A stretch of 64,000 bases of DNA from an uncultured delta proteobacterium (GCA_963716725.1 CAVQUB010000008.1:96001-160000); one strand, 5' to 3'; positions 54,570 to 64,000 are shown, numbered from the stretch's first letter. Made by a program: numbers and translations. The notes: generated by a model not told the origin, from the letters alone.

Positions 54570-56228
54570 GTGCGTCGCAGGCTTTCGGCGGGCCCGCTCT
54601 CGATGGCAGTGCTCTCGTGGGTGGCGCTCGCGCTGCTCGCCCCCGGTGCGCCAGCCCAGGGCGCGGCGCGCGCGGCGGCAGCCACTGAGAACGAGCTCGC
54701 GACCCGGGAGGCGTTGGCGCAGATGCGGGCCGGGGGCAACGCGGTGGATGCCGCGATCACGGCAACCCTGGTGGCTGGAGTCGCGAGCCCGACCTCGAGT
54801 GGCATTGGAGGTGGCGGCTTTGCACTGGTGTGGATCGCCGCCGACCAGAAGGTGACGACGCTGGACTTCCGGGAAGTGGCTCCGGCGGGCGTCGATGAAA
54901 GGGCCCTCGAGCAGCGGCCGCTCGCGCCGGAGCACCGCGGCAAGCTCACGGGCGTGCCCGGCGAGGTCGCGGGACTCTTCGAGCTTCACCGACGCCACGG
55001 CAAGCGTTCGTGGAGAGAGGTGGTCGAACCCGCCGTGCGGGTGGCGCAGAGTGGCTTCGCCGTGAACGCACACCTCGCGAGCACCTTGTCGAACTCGGCG
55101 AAGACTCTCCGCGCCGACGGCGGAATCGGCGCGCTGTTCTACCCCGGCGGGAAGCCGGCGGCGGTGGGGCGGTTGATCAAGAATACGAAGCTCGCGGGCG
55201 CGCTGGCGAAGATCGCGGCGGAGGGCGCGCCGGGGTTCTATCAGGGCACGACGGCCACCGACGTGATCGCGGCCGCGCGCGCCCACGGAGGCGCGCTCAC
55301 GCAAGCGGACTTCGACGGCTACCGGATCGCCGAGCGCACGGCCATCAAGGTCAGCTGGGAAGGGCACGACGTCTACACCATGCCGCCGCCCTCGGCGGGA
55401 GGGCTGATGCTGGCGCAGACCTTGCGGCTGTTCTCCAAGGCCGAGCTGGCGAAACACCGTTGGAACAGCGGCGTCTATCAGCATGTGTTGGCCGAGAGCA
55501 TGCGCGGTTCCCTCGCCGATCGTGCTCGCTTCGTCGGCGATCCGAAGGTGCAGAGTGTCGACGTCGAGAAGCTGATCTCGAAAGAACGCATGGCAGCACG
55601 CAAGAAGACCATTGCGCTCGATCGCACCCACGCTGTCGGGCGCTTTGGCCTCGAGGAGCACGGCACCCACCACCTGGTGACCGCCGACTCGAAGGGGAAC
55701 GTAGTGACCTTGACCACGACCGTGAACCGCGCGTTTGGCACCAAGCTCACCGGAACCCACAGCGGCGTGGTCTTGAACGACGAGCTCGACGACTTCAGCA
55801 AGCAGTCCGACGTCGCCTCGCTCGGGCTGAAAGAGAGCCCGAACCGCCCGCGCCCCGGCGTTCGGCCTGTCTCGAGCATGACGCCGACGCTGGTGGTCAA
55901 GGATGGCGCGGTCGTGCTCGCCCTCGGTGGCTCGGGTGGCACGACCATCGCCACCAACGTCACCCAGCTCTTGCTCGGGCGCTTGGTCTTCGGAAAGTCG
56001 CCGGCGGAGCTGGTGAAGGCGCCGCGCTTCTACGTGCCCACCCAGGGCGCGAGCATCCTGCTCGAGCAGGGCGCGAGCCCCAGCCTGATTGAGGATCTGA
56101 AGTGGCGTGGCGAGGTGGTCGGCAGCATGAAGTTCACCTCGAGCGGCGTGCAGATGATCGCCATCGACAAGGGACGCAAGCTGCCTGCCTCGGATCCGCG
56201 CAAGCACGGCAGCGCCAAGGCCGAGTGA
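54570..56228 (+). CDS. ggt: Gamma-glutamyltransferase
   Basis: GGNAVDAA, SGIGGGGF, DFRE, autocleavage GTHH, LNDELDDF, SSMTP, GGSGG, SDPRK. Confidence 0.93.
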   Translation: MRRRLSAGPLSMAVLSWVALALLAPGAPAQGAARAAAATENELATREALAQMRAGGNAVDAAITATLVAGVASPTSSGIGGGGFALVWIAADQKVTTLDFREVAPAGVDERALEQRPLAPEHRGKLTGVPGEVAGLFELHRRHGKRSWREVVEPAVRVAQSGFAVNAHLASTLSNSAKTLRADGGIGALFYPGGKPAAVGRLIKNTKLAGALAKIAAEGAPGFYQGTTATDVIAAARAHGGALTQADFDGYRIAERTAIKVSWEGHDVYTMPPPSAGGLMLAQTLRLFSKAELAKHRWNSGVYQHVLAESMRGSLADRARFVGDPKVQSVDVEKLISKERMAARKKTIALDRTHAVGRFGLEEHGTHHLVTADSKGNVVTLTTTVNRAFGTKLTGTHSGVVLNDELDDFSKQSDVASLGLKESPNRPRPGVRPVSSMTPTLVVKDGAVVLALGGSGGTTIATNVTQLLLGRLVFGKSPAELVKAPRFYVPTQGASILLEQGASPSLIEDLKWRGEVVGSMKFTSSGVQMIAIDKGRKLPASDPRKHGSAKAE

Positions 56229-56252
56229 GGCCCGGGCGGCCGGCGCAGCGCT

Positions 56253-57104
56253 TCAGTGGATCGAGGCGACGAGCTCGGCGCTCTCGCGGTCGTCGAGATC
56301 AGTGGCCACCGCGTGACCGACGCCACGCCTCTCGACCGCCGCGATGCTGTAGCCACGCCGCGTGCCGACGTAGACCGGCGTGTTGCGCACGACACGAGGC
56401 TCGAGGGTCGCACGAAGGGGGAACTGCGCGGCGTTGTACACGTAGAGCGTGACGCGATGGCCGTCGTAGGAGTAGCGCAGCGACGCCGCACGCTGGTTGA
56501 GCTGCCGAACCGGCACGACGCTGGCTCCCTCCAAGCGCAGTCCGTACTGCTGAAGGCTCGGAATACGCACGGGCACACCGACCTCGGGTTCGAATTTCTT
56601 GATCAACGAAGGCTCGACCACGCCGGGTTCTCGCGACTGTGCGTGCTGCGTGACGAAGTCGTCGACCATCTGGTCGAGCGAGGCAGTGACGCCCGGAGCA
56701 CTGATGGCCATGTTGGCGGCGATGTGGCTATCTCCCGGCGCGCTCTTGCCCTGCTGCTCGAGCGCGCCCCAGACCAGGGTGGCGCCAGCCGCGGCGGCGA
56801 CCGGGACGATGAAGCGCCAGGCGAGCGGCCGTCCGCGCTCGCGCTCGCGCTCACGCTTGTTTTGTCGCTCGCGCTCGGCAGCGAGCGCCCGCACAACGCG
56901 CTCGCCGAACTCGTCCGACGGCGCGACCTCCGCGCGCACGGAGCGCTGCAAGCTCAGCTTGAGCGCGCGGCTGAGCTCGACGGACTCTCGGCAGCACTCG
57001 CAGTCTGCGAGGTGCGTCTCGACTTCCACGACCTTGTCGGTGGGCAGCTCACCGTCCGTGAAGGGCTCGAGCAGTGCGCCGGAGCGGCGACAAGGAGCGC
57101 TCAT
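56253..57104 (-). CDS. Zinc-binding (zf-HC2) transmembrane anti-sigma factor
   Basis: DGEL...[10 protein letters not shown] helix, extracytoplasmic domain; ATGA-coupled to the sigma gene. Confidence 0.85.
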   Translation of the reverse strand: MSAPCRRSGALLEPFTDGELPTDKVVEVETHLADCECCRESVELSRALKLSLQRSVRAEVAPSDEFGERVVRALAAERERQNKRERERERGRPLAWRFIVPVAAAAGATLVWGALEQQGKSAPGDSHIAANMAISAPGVTASLDQMVDDFVTQHAQSREPGVVEPSLIKKFEPEVGVPVRIPSLQQYGLRLEGASVVPVRQLNQRAASLRYSYDGHRVTLYVYNAAQFPLRATLEPRVVRNTPVYVGTRRGYSIAAVERRGVGHAVATDLDDRESAELVASIH

Positions 57105-57748
57105 CGCGCCACCTTCTTGGCGCGATACTCGGCCAGGTTCGTGGGAGATCCCACGACCGGTTCCGGGCTCACGATGCCCATGTCGAGTGCGTGTTCGTAC
57201 AGGCGGCTCTTGAGCATGCGGCGACCACGATGCAAGCGCGACATGACGGTTCCAATGGGGCACCCCATGATATCGGCAATCTCGCGATACGACATCTCTT
57301 CCACGTCGGCTAGAACAACTGCGAGCCGGAACTCTTCCGGCAGCTCTTCGAGCGCCTGTCGGATCTCGGCTTCGAGCACGGGGCGCAGCGCCGCTGATTC
57401 CGGGTCGCGCATGGCGGACATGGTCGCCGCGCTCACCCATCCGTCCGCGAGGGGATCCGCATCCGGACCTTCGAAAACGGCCTTCTCGAGGCTGCCGCGC
57501 CGGTAGCGGTTGATGAAGGTGTTGGTCAGGATGCGCAGGAGCCAGGCGCGCATGTTGGTTCCCGTTTGGAACTGCTCACGGGCGCGCATCGCCTTGACCA
57601 GGGTGTCTTGCACCAGGTCCTCCGCTTCGGTCGGGTTGCGCGTCATGCGCGTCGCGACCGCCAACAGCGGGCCGAGGTGCTGAACCGCGTCACGCTCGAA
57701 CTCGGCGATCGGCGCGGGTTTCTTGGGAGCCGAAGAAAAGAGCTTCAC
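57101..57748 (-). CDS. ECF sigma factor (SigR/SigH-like)
   Basis: [55 protein letters not shown]. Confidence 0.92.
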   Translation of the reverse strand: MKLFSSAPKKPAPIAEFERDAVQHLGPLLAVATRMTRNPTEAEDLVQDTLVKAMRAREQFQTGTNMRAWLLRILTNTFINRYRRGSLEKAVFEGPDADPLADGWVSAATMSAMRDPESAALRPVLEAEIRQALEELPEEFRLAVVLADVEEMSYREIADIMGCPIGTVMSRLHRGRRMLKSRLYEHALDMGIVSPEPVVGSPTNLAEYRAKKVAR

Positions 57749-57750
57749 GG

Positions 57751-57788
57751 GTTGTGCCTTTGAACCGGCACAACATGGGGTCTATTCC
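57751..57788 (-). promoter_or_regulatory. GGAAT-N18-GTT autoregulatory ECF promoter overlapped by an 8-bp inverted repeat
   Basis: Minus strand reads GGAAT agaccccatgttgtgccg GTT; inverted repeat GTTGTGCC-N8-GGCACAAC at 57751-57774. Confidence 0.65.
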
Positions 57789-58372
57789 TTGCGCCCGCTC
57801 GCGCCGCCGACGCGTTTCTCGAGCTCGTCCAGCCGTTCGTTCAGGCGTTTGACCTCGTTCTGGAGATCCCTGAACACGGAAAAGTTGGGCAATACCGCCC
57901 GGATGCGCTCGTCGATGGTGTGCTGCCACTGCTCGAGGGTCGCGCGCAGTCCCTTGTTGTGATCTTTTTCGGTCACGTCTTCCTCTGGCTCTGGCTCTGG
58001 TTCTGGCCCTGGCGGGGACTCGCTCTGGGGGGCGCCGGGTTCTTTGGGGATCAGACGCCCGATGGGGCCTTCGCGGAGCGAGGAGAGCAGCTTCTCGCCG
58101 CGGTGGCGGATCAGCGCCTTCAAGGTGGCGAGGGGGATGCCTCGCGGCTTGGCCTTCAGCTCCTCCGAGATGATCAGCGCCAAGGTGACGTCGGTCTTGT
58201 CCTCTTTCGTCGCGTTGTCGATGATCTGGACGTCTTCGCCCGCGCGAACGAGGTCGGCGATCTGGAGCAGCGTGACGTACCGACTGTCCTTCGTGTCGTA
58301 GAGCTTCCGGTTGGAGTATCGCTTGATGACGCGCCGATCCGCCGAAACTCCGTCTTCCGTCTCTTCGGTCAT
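57782..58372 (-). CDS. PhaR-like DNA-binding domain protein
   Basis: IKRYSNRKLYDT..SRYVTL..I..LV..GEDV.I.DN.T.ED.T. Confidence 0.85.
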   Translation of the reverse strand: MTEETEDGVSADRRVIKRYSNRKLYDTKDSRYVTLLQIADLVRAGEDVQIIDNATKEDKTDVTLALIISEELKAKPRGIPLATLKALIRHRGEKLLSSLREGPIGRLIPKEPGAPQSESPPGPEPEPEPEEDVTEKDHNKGLRATLEQWQHTIDERIRAVLPNFSVFRDLQNEVKRLNERLDELEKRVGGASGRKE

Positions 58373-58420
58373 CTGCTCCGAATAGAAGCAAAAATGCCGC
58401 AGAGCGTCAAGTCTTTGAAA

Positions 58421-58963
58421 TCAGAGGCTGGCGTGTTCGCGCGCGGAGTCGAGCTCGGCCTGGCAGAGCTCGCAGACGGTGTCCAGGAAGTCACGGAAGC
58501 TGGAGCGGCGCAGGCCGATCTCGTTGATCCACGCGATGACCTCCATTTCGCCACGCGAATCGACGTAAGCGGGGTTGAAGACGAAGAGGGTGGTCGCCGC
58601 CAGGTCGATTCCAAAGGGGATGAGGACTCGTGGCTTGGTGCGGCTCGGCGGACCGTAGTCCGGAACCGGGGTCTCGGCGGCTTCGAAGGTCGCCCGCGCG
58701 GCATCGACGTGGTTGCGCTCTCCAAGGCTCTGCGTGCCGAGCAGCGTCGCGCCGTCGTAGAAGCGTGGCCACCCGTCGTGCAGCATCAGGAACTCGCGGT
58801 AGCTCGGCGGCAGCGACCGCCCGAGTCGCTTCTCGGCGGCGATGATCTCGGCCGCGGACGCGCCGGCGTTCGGCTTCAGGCCGAAGTCGCGGTACGGCGT
58901 TATCCTCGAGATCTCGCGTTGAACTCGCTGAATGTCCCGGAGCAAGATGCGAAAGTCGGCCAT
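58421..58963 (-). CDS. SMI1/KNR4 (SUKH) family protein
   Basis: GASAAEI.AAEKRLG.SLPPSYREFL..HDG; C-terminal SF.DFL. Confidence 0.85.
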   Translation of the reverse strand: MADFRILLRDIQRVQREISRITPYRDFGLKPNAGASAAEIIAAEKRLGRSLPPSYREFLMLHDGWPRFYDGATLLGTQSLGERNHVDAARATFEAAETPVPDYGPPSRTKPRVLIPFGIDLAATTLFVFNPAYVDSRGEMEVIAWINEIGLRRSSFRDFLDTVCELCQAELDSAREHASL

Positions 58964-59035
58964 GGTTCCCTCGAAGGCGCCGAAGCTACGCGGCAGGCCG
59001 CACGTGGGCCCAGAAACTGACCTAAGCTCGGCTGC

Positions 59036-59818
59036 GTGAGTATCGAGGCGCAGGAGGTCAGCGCTGGGTACGGGCGCGACCCTGTGCTGTCGCGGCTCTC
59101 GATAGCCGCGGCGCCCGGCGAGCTCGTTGCCGTGCTTGGGCCCAACGGCGCGGGCAAATCGACGCTGGTGCGGGTGCTCGCGGGCATGCTGAACCCCGAT
59201 CAGGGGCGGGTCTCGCTCTGCGGCCGCGAGATGCGGGACATGACCCGCGCCGACATCGCCAAGGAACTCGCGGTCGTGCCTCAGGAGAGCGACGTCGCCT
59301 TCGGGTTCACGGTTCGTGAGGTGGTGATGATGGGCCGCGCCCCGCATCAATCGGGACTCTTGCGCCCGAGCTCCCAAGACGCGGACGCAGTGCATAGCGC
59401 CCTCGCGCGCTGCGACCTGCACACGCTCGGGAGCCGCGCCGTCGCCGAGCTCTCGGGCGGCGAACGCCGTCGAGTCACCATCGCGCGCGCTCTTGCCCAA
59501 GAGGCGAAAGTGCTCTTGCTCGACGAGCCCGCCGCTCACCTCGACGCGCGCCACGCGGTCAGCGTCGGGGATTTGATCCGCGAAGAAGTGGATGGTCGAG
59601 CCGTCGCCTGCGTCGCCGTGATGCACGACTTGGCGGCGGCGGCCCGCTGGGCCGATCGCATCGTGTTGCTGGCCGCGGGCCAGGTCCGCGCCGACGGCCC
59701 TCCAGATCAGGTCCTCTCGGCCGAACTGCTCGAATCGGTGTTCCAGATCCCGATCCGCGTCGCGAACGACGCGCAGACGCAGCTGCCCTACGTCGTGACC
59801 GGGCGCTTATCGAAGTAG
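59036..59818 (+). CDS. ABC transporter ATP-binding protein (FepC/BtuD-like)
   Basis: GPNGAGKST, LSGGERRR, LLLDEP, HDL. Confidence 0.9.
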   Translation: MSIEAQEVSAGYGRDPVLSRLSIAAAPGELVAVLGPNGAGKSTLVRVLAGMLNPDQGRVSLCGREMRDMTRADIAKELAVVPQESDVAFGFTVREVVMMGRAPHQSGLLRPSSQDADAVHSALARCDLHTLGSRAVAELSGGERRRVTIARALAQEAKVLLLDEPAAHLDARHAVSVGDLIREEVDGRAVACVAVMHDLAAAARWADRIVLLAAGQVRADGPPDQVLSAELLESVFQIPIRVANDAQTQLPYVVTGRLSK

Positions 59819-59860
59819 CGTTTTTCGCCTATCCCATTGGCCTCTGATAAGGCACGAGGC

Positions 59861-61738
59861 ATGCGCCGGGTCTTGCCCCTCGTGGTCGCTCCGACCGCGC
59901 TCGTATTCTGGGGATGCACCCTGGAGCCGGCCCCGGCCCTGGTCTCGGCCATGGATGTGTCCCCGCGGGATGCCGAGGTCGGCGACCGGATCGAGGTGAT
60001 CGGCTCCGGATTTCCCGAAGGCAAGCCCGCCACGGTGAGCTTCCGGGGTGATCTGCACCGCCCCGGGCAAGAGCCGCTGCGGCGAGTCGAGATCGTGGTG
60101 CCGGCAGTCAGTACCTCCGCCAACCGGGTCTCGCTCTTCCTCAGCGAGGCGTTGCAGCGCGAGCTGTGCGGGCGTGGGCAGAGCGCTGACCACACCACCT
60201 TTCGCGGTGACGTGACGGTGGCGTTCGCCGCACGCGCGGCCGGCGCGCCGCCGATCACCGGCATCGTGCCAAACGTGGTGATCGACGTGCACGGACCCGC
60301 GGTGCCCACCGAACTCTCGCAAGCGAGGGAAGCCGAGTCGAAGCGAGCACTCGACTTCATTGGCGTGCAGATCGACACGAAGGCGAATGTGCCGCCCTTC
60401 GCCGTCACGGCGGTGCTGCCCGGGAGCCGAGGTGAGCGCGCTGGCATCTTGCCCTCCGACGTGATCGTCGCGGTCGACGGCGTGAGCGTGCGCTCAGCGA
60501 GTGACTTCACCTTTGCGTCGGACACCAGTTCGACCTTCGTGCTGGCCCGCGGTCGGCTCAAGGAGCCCATCGAGCGTCCCGTGGACATTCAGGGGTTTCG
60601 CGAGCGAGCCCCCAAAGAACTCGCGGTAAGCGGCGTGTTGATCGGCTGCGTCGTGATGTTGTTTGCGCTGTGGCTCGCGCCCGTCGCGCGCATGCTGGGC
60701 TGGATCGAGCGCCGAGTAGCGGTGCGGCTGCGCGAGCGCGTGGCCGCCAAGAAGACCCTCGGGAGTCGGCCCGTTCGGCTGTGGACCGCGGTTCAAGCCT
60801 CCATCGCCGACGACATCGCTCCGCGGGGCGAGCCCTTCTTCGTCAGGCTCCTGCCCTACGTGCTCTTCCTCGCGACCAGCGCAGCCGCCACCACCATCGC
60901 CTTCGGCAGGCCGCTGGTGTCGGTGGATCTCGATCTCGTGCTGGTGACCGGGGCCAGCACCATCACGCTGGTGCTGGTGGCGCTCATGAACGCCGGTTGG
61001 CAGTCCAAAGGGCATTGGTCCATTCGCTCGGGCCTGAAGGGAGCCCTGGCGACGTTGGCGATGCAGCTGCCGATGGTGGCTTCCTTCGCCGCCGTCGTGC
61101 TCACGACGGGCAGCGTGCGGCTGGCCGAGATCGTGCGCGGACAGGGCACCACGCCCTGGAGCTGGAACGCATTCCGAAACCCCGCCCTGTTCTTCGCCTT
61201 CGGCCTGATCTTGTTCGCGTCCTTCCCAGAAGCGCGTCGCCCGCTGGCGCGGCTGCCCGAAGCCGATCTCGATGAACCGGGTTCTCGTGGCGGGCTGATG
61301 TTCTACGTCGAGTGGGGTCACCTCCTGGTCGTGAGCACTATCGTCACGATGCTCTTCCTGGGCGGGTGGAAGCTGCCGCTGGCGCCCGCCGCTCCGGGCA
61401 GCATCCTGCTACCCGCGCTCGGGGCGCTGCTTCTGCAGCTCAAGTGCTGGGGAGTGGTCGGGCTGGTGGTCGCCTTGCGTTGGGCGTTGCCGCGGGTGCA
61501 CACCGACCAGATGCTGGGCGTGCTCTTTCGCTACGTCGTGCCGGGCACCCTCCTGGTGCTGGCCGGTAGCGCCGGGTGGGCGTCGTGGCGCGAGACTCCA
61601 GCCTGGCGGGCGGTGGAGCCGGTGCTGGGATACGTCCTCTTCGGTCTGGTGGTGGGAGCGGCCCTGAAGTTCGTTCGCGCAGTTCAGGGCCACGTTCGCG
61701 CCACGGGTGCGCCCATGCACGTCAATCCGTGGCTGTGA
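59861..61738 (+). CDS. Fusion of lipoprotein-like signal, Ig-like domain, PDZ and degenerate NuoH-like membrane domain
   Basis: VFWGC, EVGDRIEVIGSGFP, VLPGSRGERAGILPSDVI (PDZ), GWIERRV, GWQSKGHWS..SGLK, LPEAD, LFLGGW, RWALPR...DQ. Confidence 0.75.
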   Translation: MRRVLPLVVAPTALVFWGCTLEPAPALVSAMDVSPRDAEVGDRIEVIGSGFPEGKPATVSFRGDLHRPGQEPLRRVEIVVPAVSTSANRVSLFLSEALQRELCGRGQSADHTTFRGDVTVAFAARAAGAPPITGIVPNVVIDVHGPAVPTELSQAREAESKRALDFIGVQIDTKANVPPFAVTAVLPGSRGERAGILPSDVIVAVDGVSVRSASDFTFASDTSSTFVLARGRLKEPIERPVDIQGFRERAPKELAVSGVLIGCVVMLFALWLAPVARMLGWIERRVAVRLRERVAAKKTLGSRPVRLWTAVQASIADDIAPRGEPFFVRLLPYVLFLATSAAATTIAFGRPLVSVDLDLVLVTGASTITLVLVALMNAGWQSKGHWSIRSGLKGALATLAMQLPMVASFAAVVLTTGSVRLAEIVRGQGTTPWSWNAFRNPALFFAFGLILFASFPEARRPLARLPEADLDEPGSRGGLMFYVEWGHLLVVSTIVTMLFLGGWKLPLAPAAPGSILLPALGALLLQLKCWGVVGLVVALRWALPRVHTDQMLGVLFRYVVPGTLLVLAGSAGWASWRETPAWRAVEPVLGYVLFGLVVGAALKFVRAVQGHVRATGAPMHVNPWL

Positions 61739-61796
61739 GTGTTTGGTAGCGCGGATGAAAATGCTCTAGCGTGCCCCGCGGCTGCGCGCCGCCCCA

Positions 61797-64000
61797 ATGC
61801 CCGAGTACTCCGGCTCGCTCCAATCGTTCGAGCTCGCGCTCGCCCTGTGGCTAGCGCCGCTCTTGCCTCTCGTCGCGGCGGTCTACGCCGGCGTCGGCGG
61901 TTTTGTGGGCGGAGGCGACGACCGCGGCTTGGCCAAGAGCTTCCAGCCCCGCGTCGTAACGCTGGTGGCCGCCATCGCCGCGCTGGGTCTGGTGGCGTTC
62001 CAGCTGGCCGTCTTGCTCGGGCTGCCCGCCGACCAACGTCAGCTCGTCTCCCACGCATGGGGCATGCAGCGCATCGGATCGTTCGACACGAGCTTCACCT
62101 TCTCCTGCGATGCGACCACCATCGGTCCTGCGGTCGTGATCAGCTTGGCGGCGATCGCGGGTCTGCTCCTGCTGCGCGACCCGCAGCGCGAGCGTGCAGA
62201 GTCCGCGGGCATCGGCCTCAGCCTCGCCGGTGGGCTCTTCGTATTGCTGGGAGATGATCTGATCCTGATCCTCGCGGGCTCGCTCTTGTGCGGCCTCGGT
62301 GCTCTCTTGCTCGCCGCAGGCGAATCAGCGCGCCGAGCCGCTCGCGGATTCGTCCTCGCACGCACGGGCGACGCAGCGCTCCTGTGCGCCATCATTGCGC
62401 TGACCTGGGGGCTCGCGGGGAGCTGGACCGGCGACGGGGACTACGTGCCCGACTTCCGCGCCAGGCTGGTGTCCGTGCAGGTGGGCGACGCGCCACCGCC
62501 GCCCGAGAAGGAGCGCGGCATGGCGGTTCGCGACGCCTACGGGTCGATCACCATGGGCGCGCTGCCGGGCGCCTCCGTCGTGCTCGGCGGCGCCGAGCTC
62601 TGTTCGAAAGATGCGGACGCCAAGCGCGGTGGCGTGGGGACCAGCGTTCGGCCCTGCCAGGAAGTCGCGCGGGCGCCCTTCGCGCGGCTGCCCATCCCCG
62701 TCGCGTTGCACGACATCGAGGTCAGGACCGGTCCGGGCACGCACGACCTCGAAGTCGAAAAGACCCGCGTGGGCGCCAACGTCGAGACGATGATCGTGGT
62801 GGCGGGCGCGACCACGGTGGTGCGTGAGATCCGCGACCAACTGGCGCTTCGTGACGGCAGCGGCACGCACCCCCTGCGAGTCATGCTCACGAAGCGCAAG
62901 ATCGCCGGGCAGCCGCTGCTCGGCTTCGTGGCTGCGCTGCTCGCGATCTTCGTGCTGCTCCGAGGGTTGAGCGCTGCCTTTGCGGTGAGTCAGCGCGCAT
63001 CTGCCGGGAGCAGCGCCTCCTCCCTCGCCGCGCTCGGGGGCGGGATCGAGCTCTGGATCGCCGCGGGGCTGCTGATGCGCCTCGACTTCTTGTTCTCGTT
63101 CGTGCCCGGCACCGCCAGCGCGATCGCCGCCGCGAGCGCCCTCGCCGCGCTGATCGCCGCCGCTCAGGCCGCGCATGGCTTCGACGCGCGACGCACCCTG
63201 GCGTTGGTGGTCGTGGCCAACGCGGCGCTGTCCACGGCTTCGTTCCTGCTCGGCGCACACGCCGCGGCCGTCGTCGGGCTGGTCACGACGGCGCTCGGGC
63301 TGCTCGGCATGGTGCTCTCCGTGGGCAGCGAATCGAGTGATCTGCGCCAACTGGTCGGCGGCGCCAAGGCGCGACAGCGCGCGATCTTCCTGTCGGCGCT
63401 CACCTTGACCGGCGCGCCCCTGCCGCTGGTGGGCGTGTTTTGGGCCCGCGACGGCCTGCTCGCCGCGGCGGCCTCCGCCGGGACCTGGCTGGGCTACCTC
63501 ACGCTGCTGCTCGCTGCCCTCGCGGGCGGTAGCCTCGCGTTCGCAACCTGGCGACTCCACTACCTGCTCACGACCGGGAAGTCGTCGGCCGAGTCTGCGG
63601 TCCACCCACGGCTCGAGTCCGCGGCGCTCGGCCTCGCCGCAGTGGGGCTCGCGGTCGGCGCCATCGCGCACGCGCACGCGGTGACTGGCGACTCAGTGCC
63701 GAGCTTGCTCGAAACGTGGCTCGCTTCCACCGCGGCCGTGGACTTCCATGGGGTCCCCTTGGAGCGAAGTGTGCGCCTGGCGATCACTGCGGTGGCCTTC
63801 GTTCCCGGCCTGATCGGGTTCGGAATGGCGCGCGCGAAGTACGGCGAAGCGCGGGCAAAGGACTGGGCCAAGCGCGAGGAGGAGCGACCCTTGTTCGACC
63901 GCCTGTCGGAGCCCCGAGATCGCTTCGATGCAGCCCTCACCCGTCCGGCTCTGGCCGTTGCCACGGTGGTGCAGCGCTTCGACGAGGCACTCGAGCTGTT
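61797..64000 (+). CDS. Degenerate NuoL/MrpA-like membrane protein with a large inserted soluble domain; runs off the window end
   Basis: Manual translation from ATG 61797: LWLAPLLPL, AWGMQRIGSFD..F..D, FVLARTGD, DLRQLVG, LTGAPLPLVGVFWARD, FATWR; end of window reads in the same frame. Confidence 0.75.
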   Translation, partial: MPEYSGSLQSFELALALWLAPLLPLVAAVYAGVGGFVGGGDDRGLAKSFQPRVVTLVAAIAALGLVAFQLAVLLGLPADQRQLVSHAWGMQRIGSFDTSFTFSCDATTIGPAVVISLAAIAGLLLLRDPQRERAESAGIGLSLAGGLFVLLGDDLILILAGSLLCGLGALLLAAGESARRAARGFVLARTGDAALLCAIIALTWGLAGSWTGDGDYVPDFRARLVSVQVGDAPPPPEKERGMAVRDAYGSITMGALPGASVVLGGAELCSKDADAKRGGVGTSVRPCQEVARAPFARLPIPVALHDIEVRTGPGTHDLEVEKTRVGANVETMIVVAGATTVVREIRDQLALRDGSGTHPLRVMLTKRKIAGQPLLGFVAALLAIFVLLRGLSAAFAVSQRASAGSSASSLAALGGGIELWIAAGLLMRLDFLFSFVPGTASAIAAASALAALIAAAQAAHGFDARRTLALVVVANAALSTASFLLGAHAAAVVGLVTTALGLLGMVLSVGSESSDLRQLVGGAKARQRAIFLSALTLTGAPLPLVGVFWARDGLLAAAASAGTWLGYLTLLLAALAGGSLAFATWRLHYLLTTGKSSAESAVHPRLESAALGLAAVGLAVGAIAHAHAVTGDSVPSLLETWLASTAAVDFHGVPLERSVRLAITAVAFVPGLIGFGMARAKYGEARAKDWAKREEERPLFDRLSEPRDRFDAALTRPALAVATVVQRFDEALEL

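Overview
GC-rich window from a myxobacterium. The 16S rRNA and gene content (MYXO-CTERM-like tails, GltF/GltG-like and AgmX/PglI-like proteins) point to Polyangiaceae/Sorangiineae; this placement is by recognition, not by search. Core content: a complete rrn operon (16S, tRNA-Ile, tRNA-Ala, 23S, 5S), tRNA-Arg(ACG) next to tadA, fbp/fbaB, pepA, aroE, mutL-miaA, rplU-rpmA, gshB/ggt, and an ECF sigma with a zinc-binding anti-sigma. Best candidates for novel biology: (1) a five-gene type III secretion translocon-like operon at 44.2-47.3 kb (small ORF, Bsp22/EspA-like tip, SycD-like chaperone, SctE-like, SctB-like) with no injectisome genes in the window, divergent from gltF/gltG-like genes; (2) degenerate complex I NuoH and NuoL paralogues carrying extracytoplasmic domains (59.9-64 kb); (3) a (CGCA)7 repeat that puts the ATG out of frame with a large surface metalloprotease, a possible phase-variation switch; (4) a sigma54-type promoter plus terminator defining a ~160-nt sRNA candidate; (5) a Uma2 gene bracketed by a degenerate duplicate of the neighbouring sulfatase 3' end. 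The 32.6-36.5 kb stretch carries many indels that are probably assembly errors. All family assignments come from motif recognition by eye.
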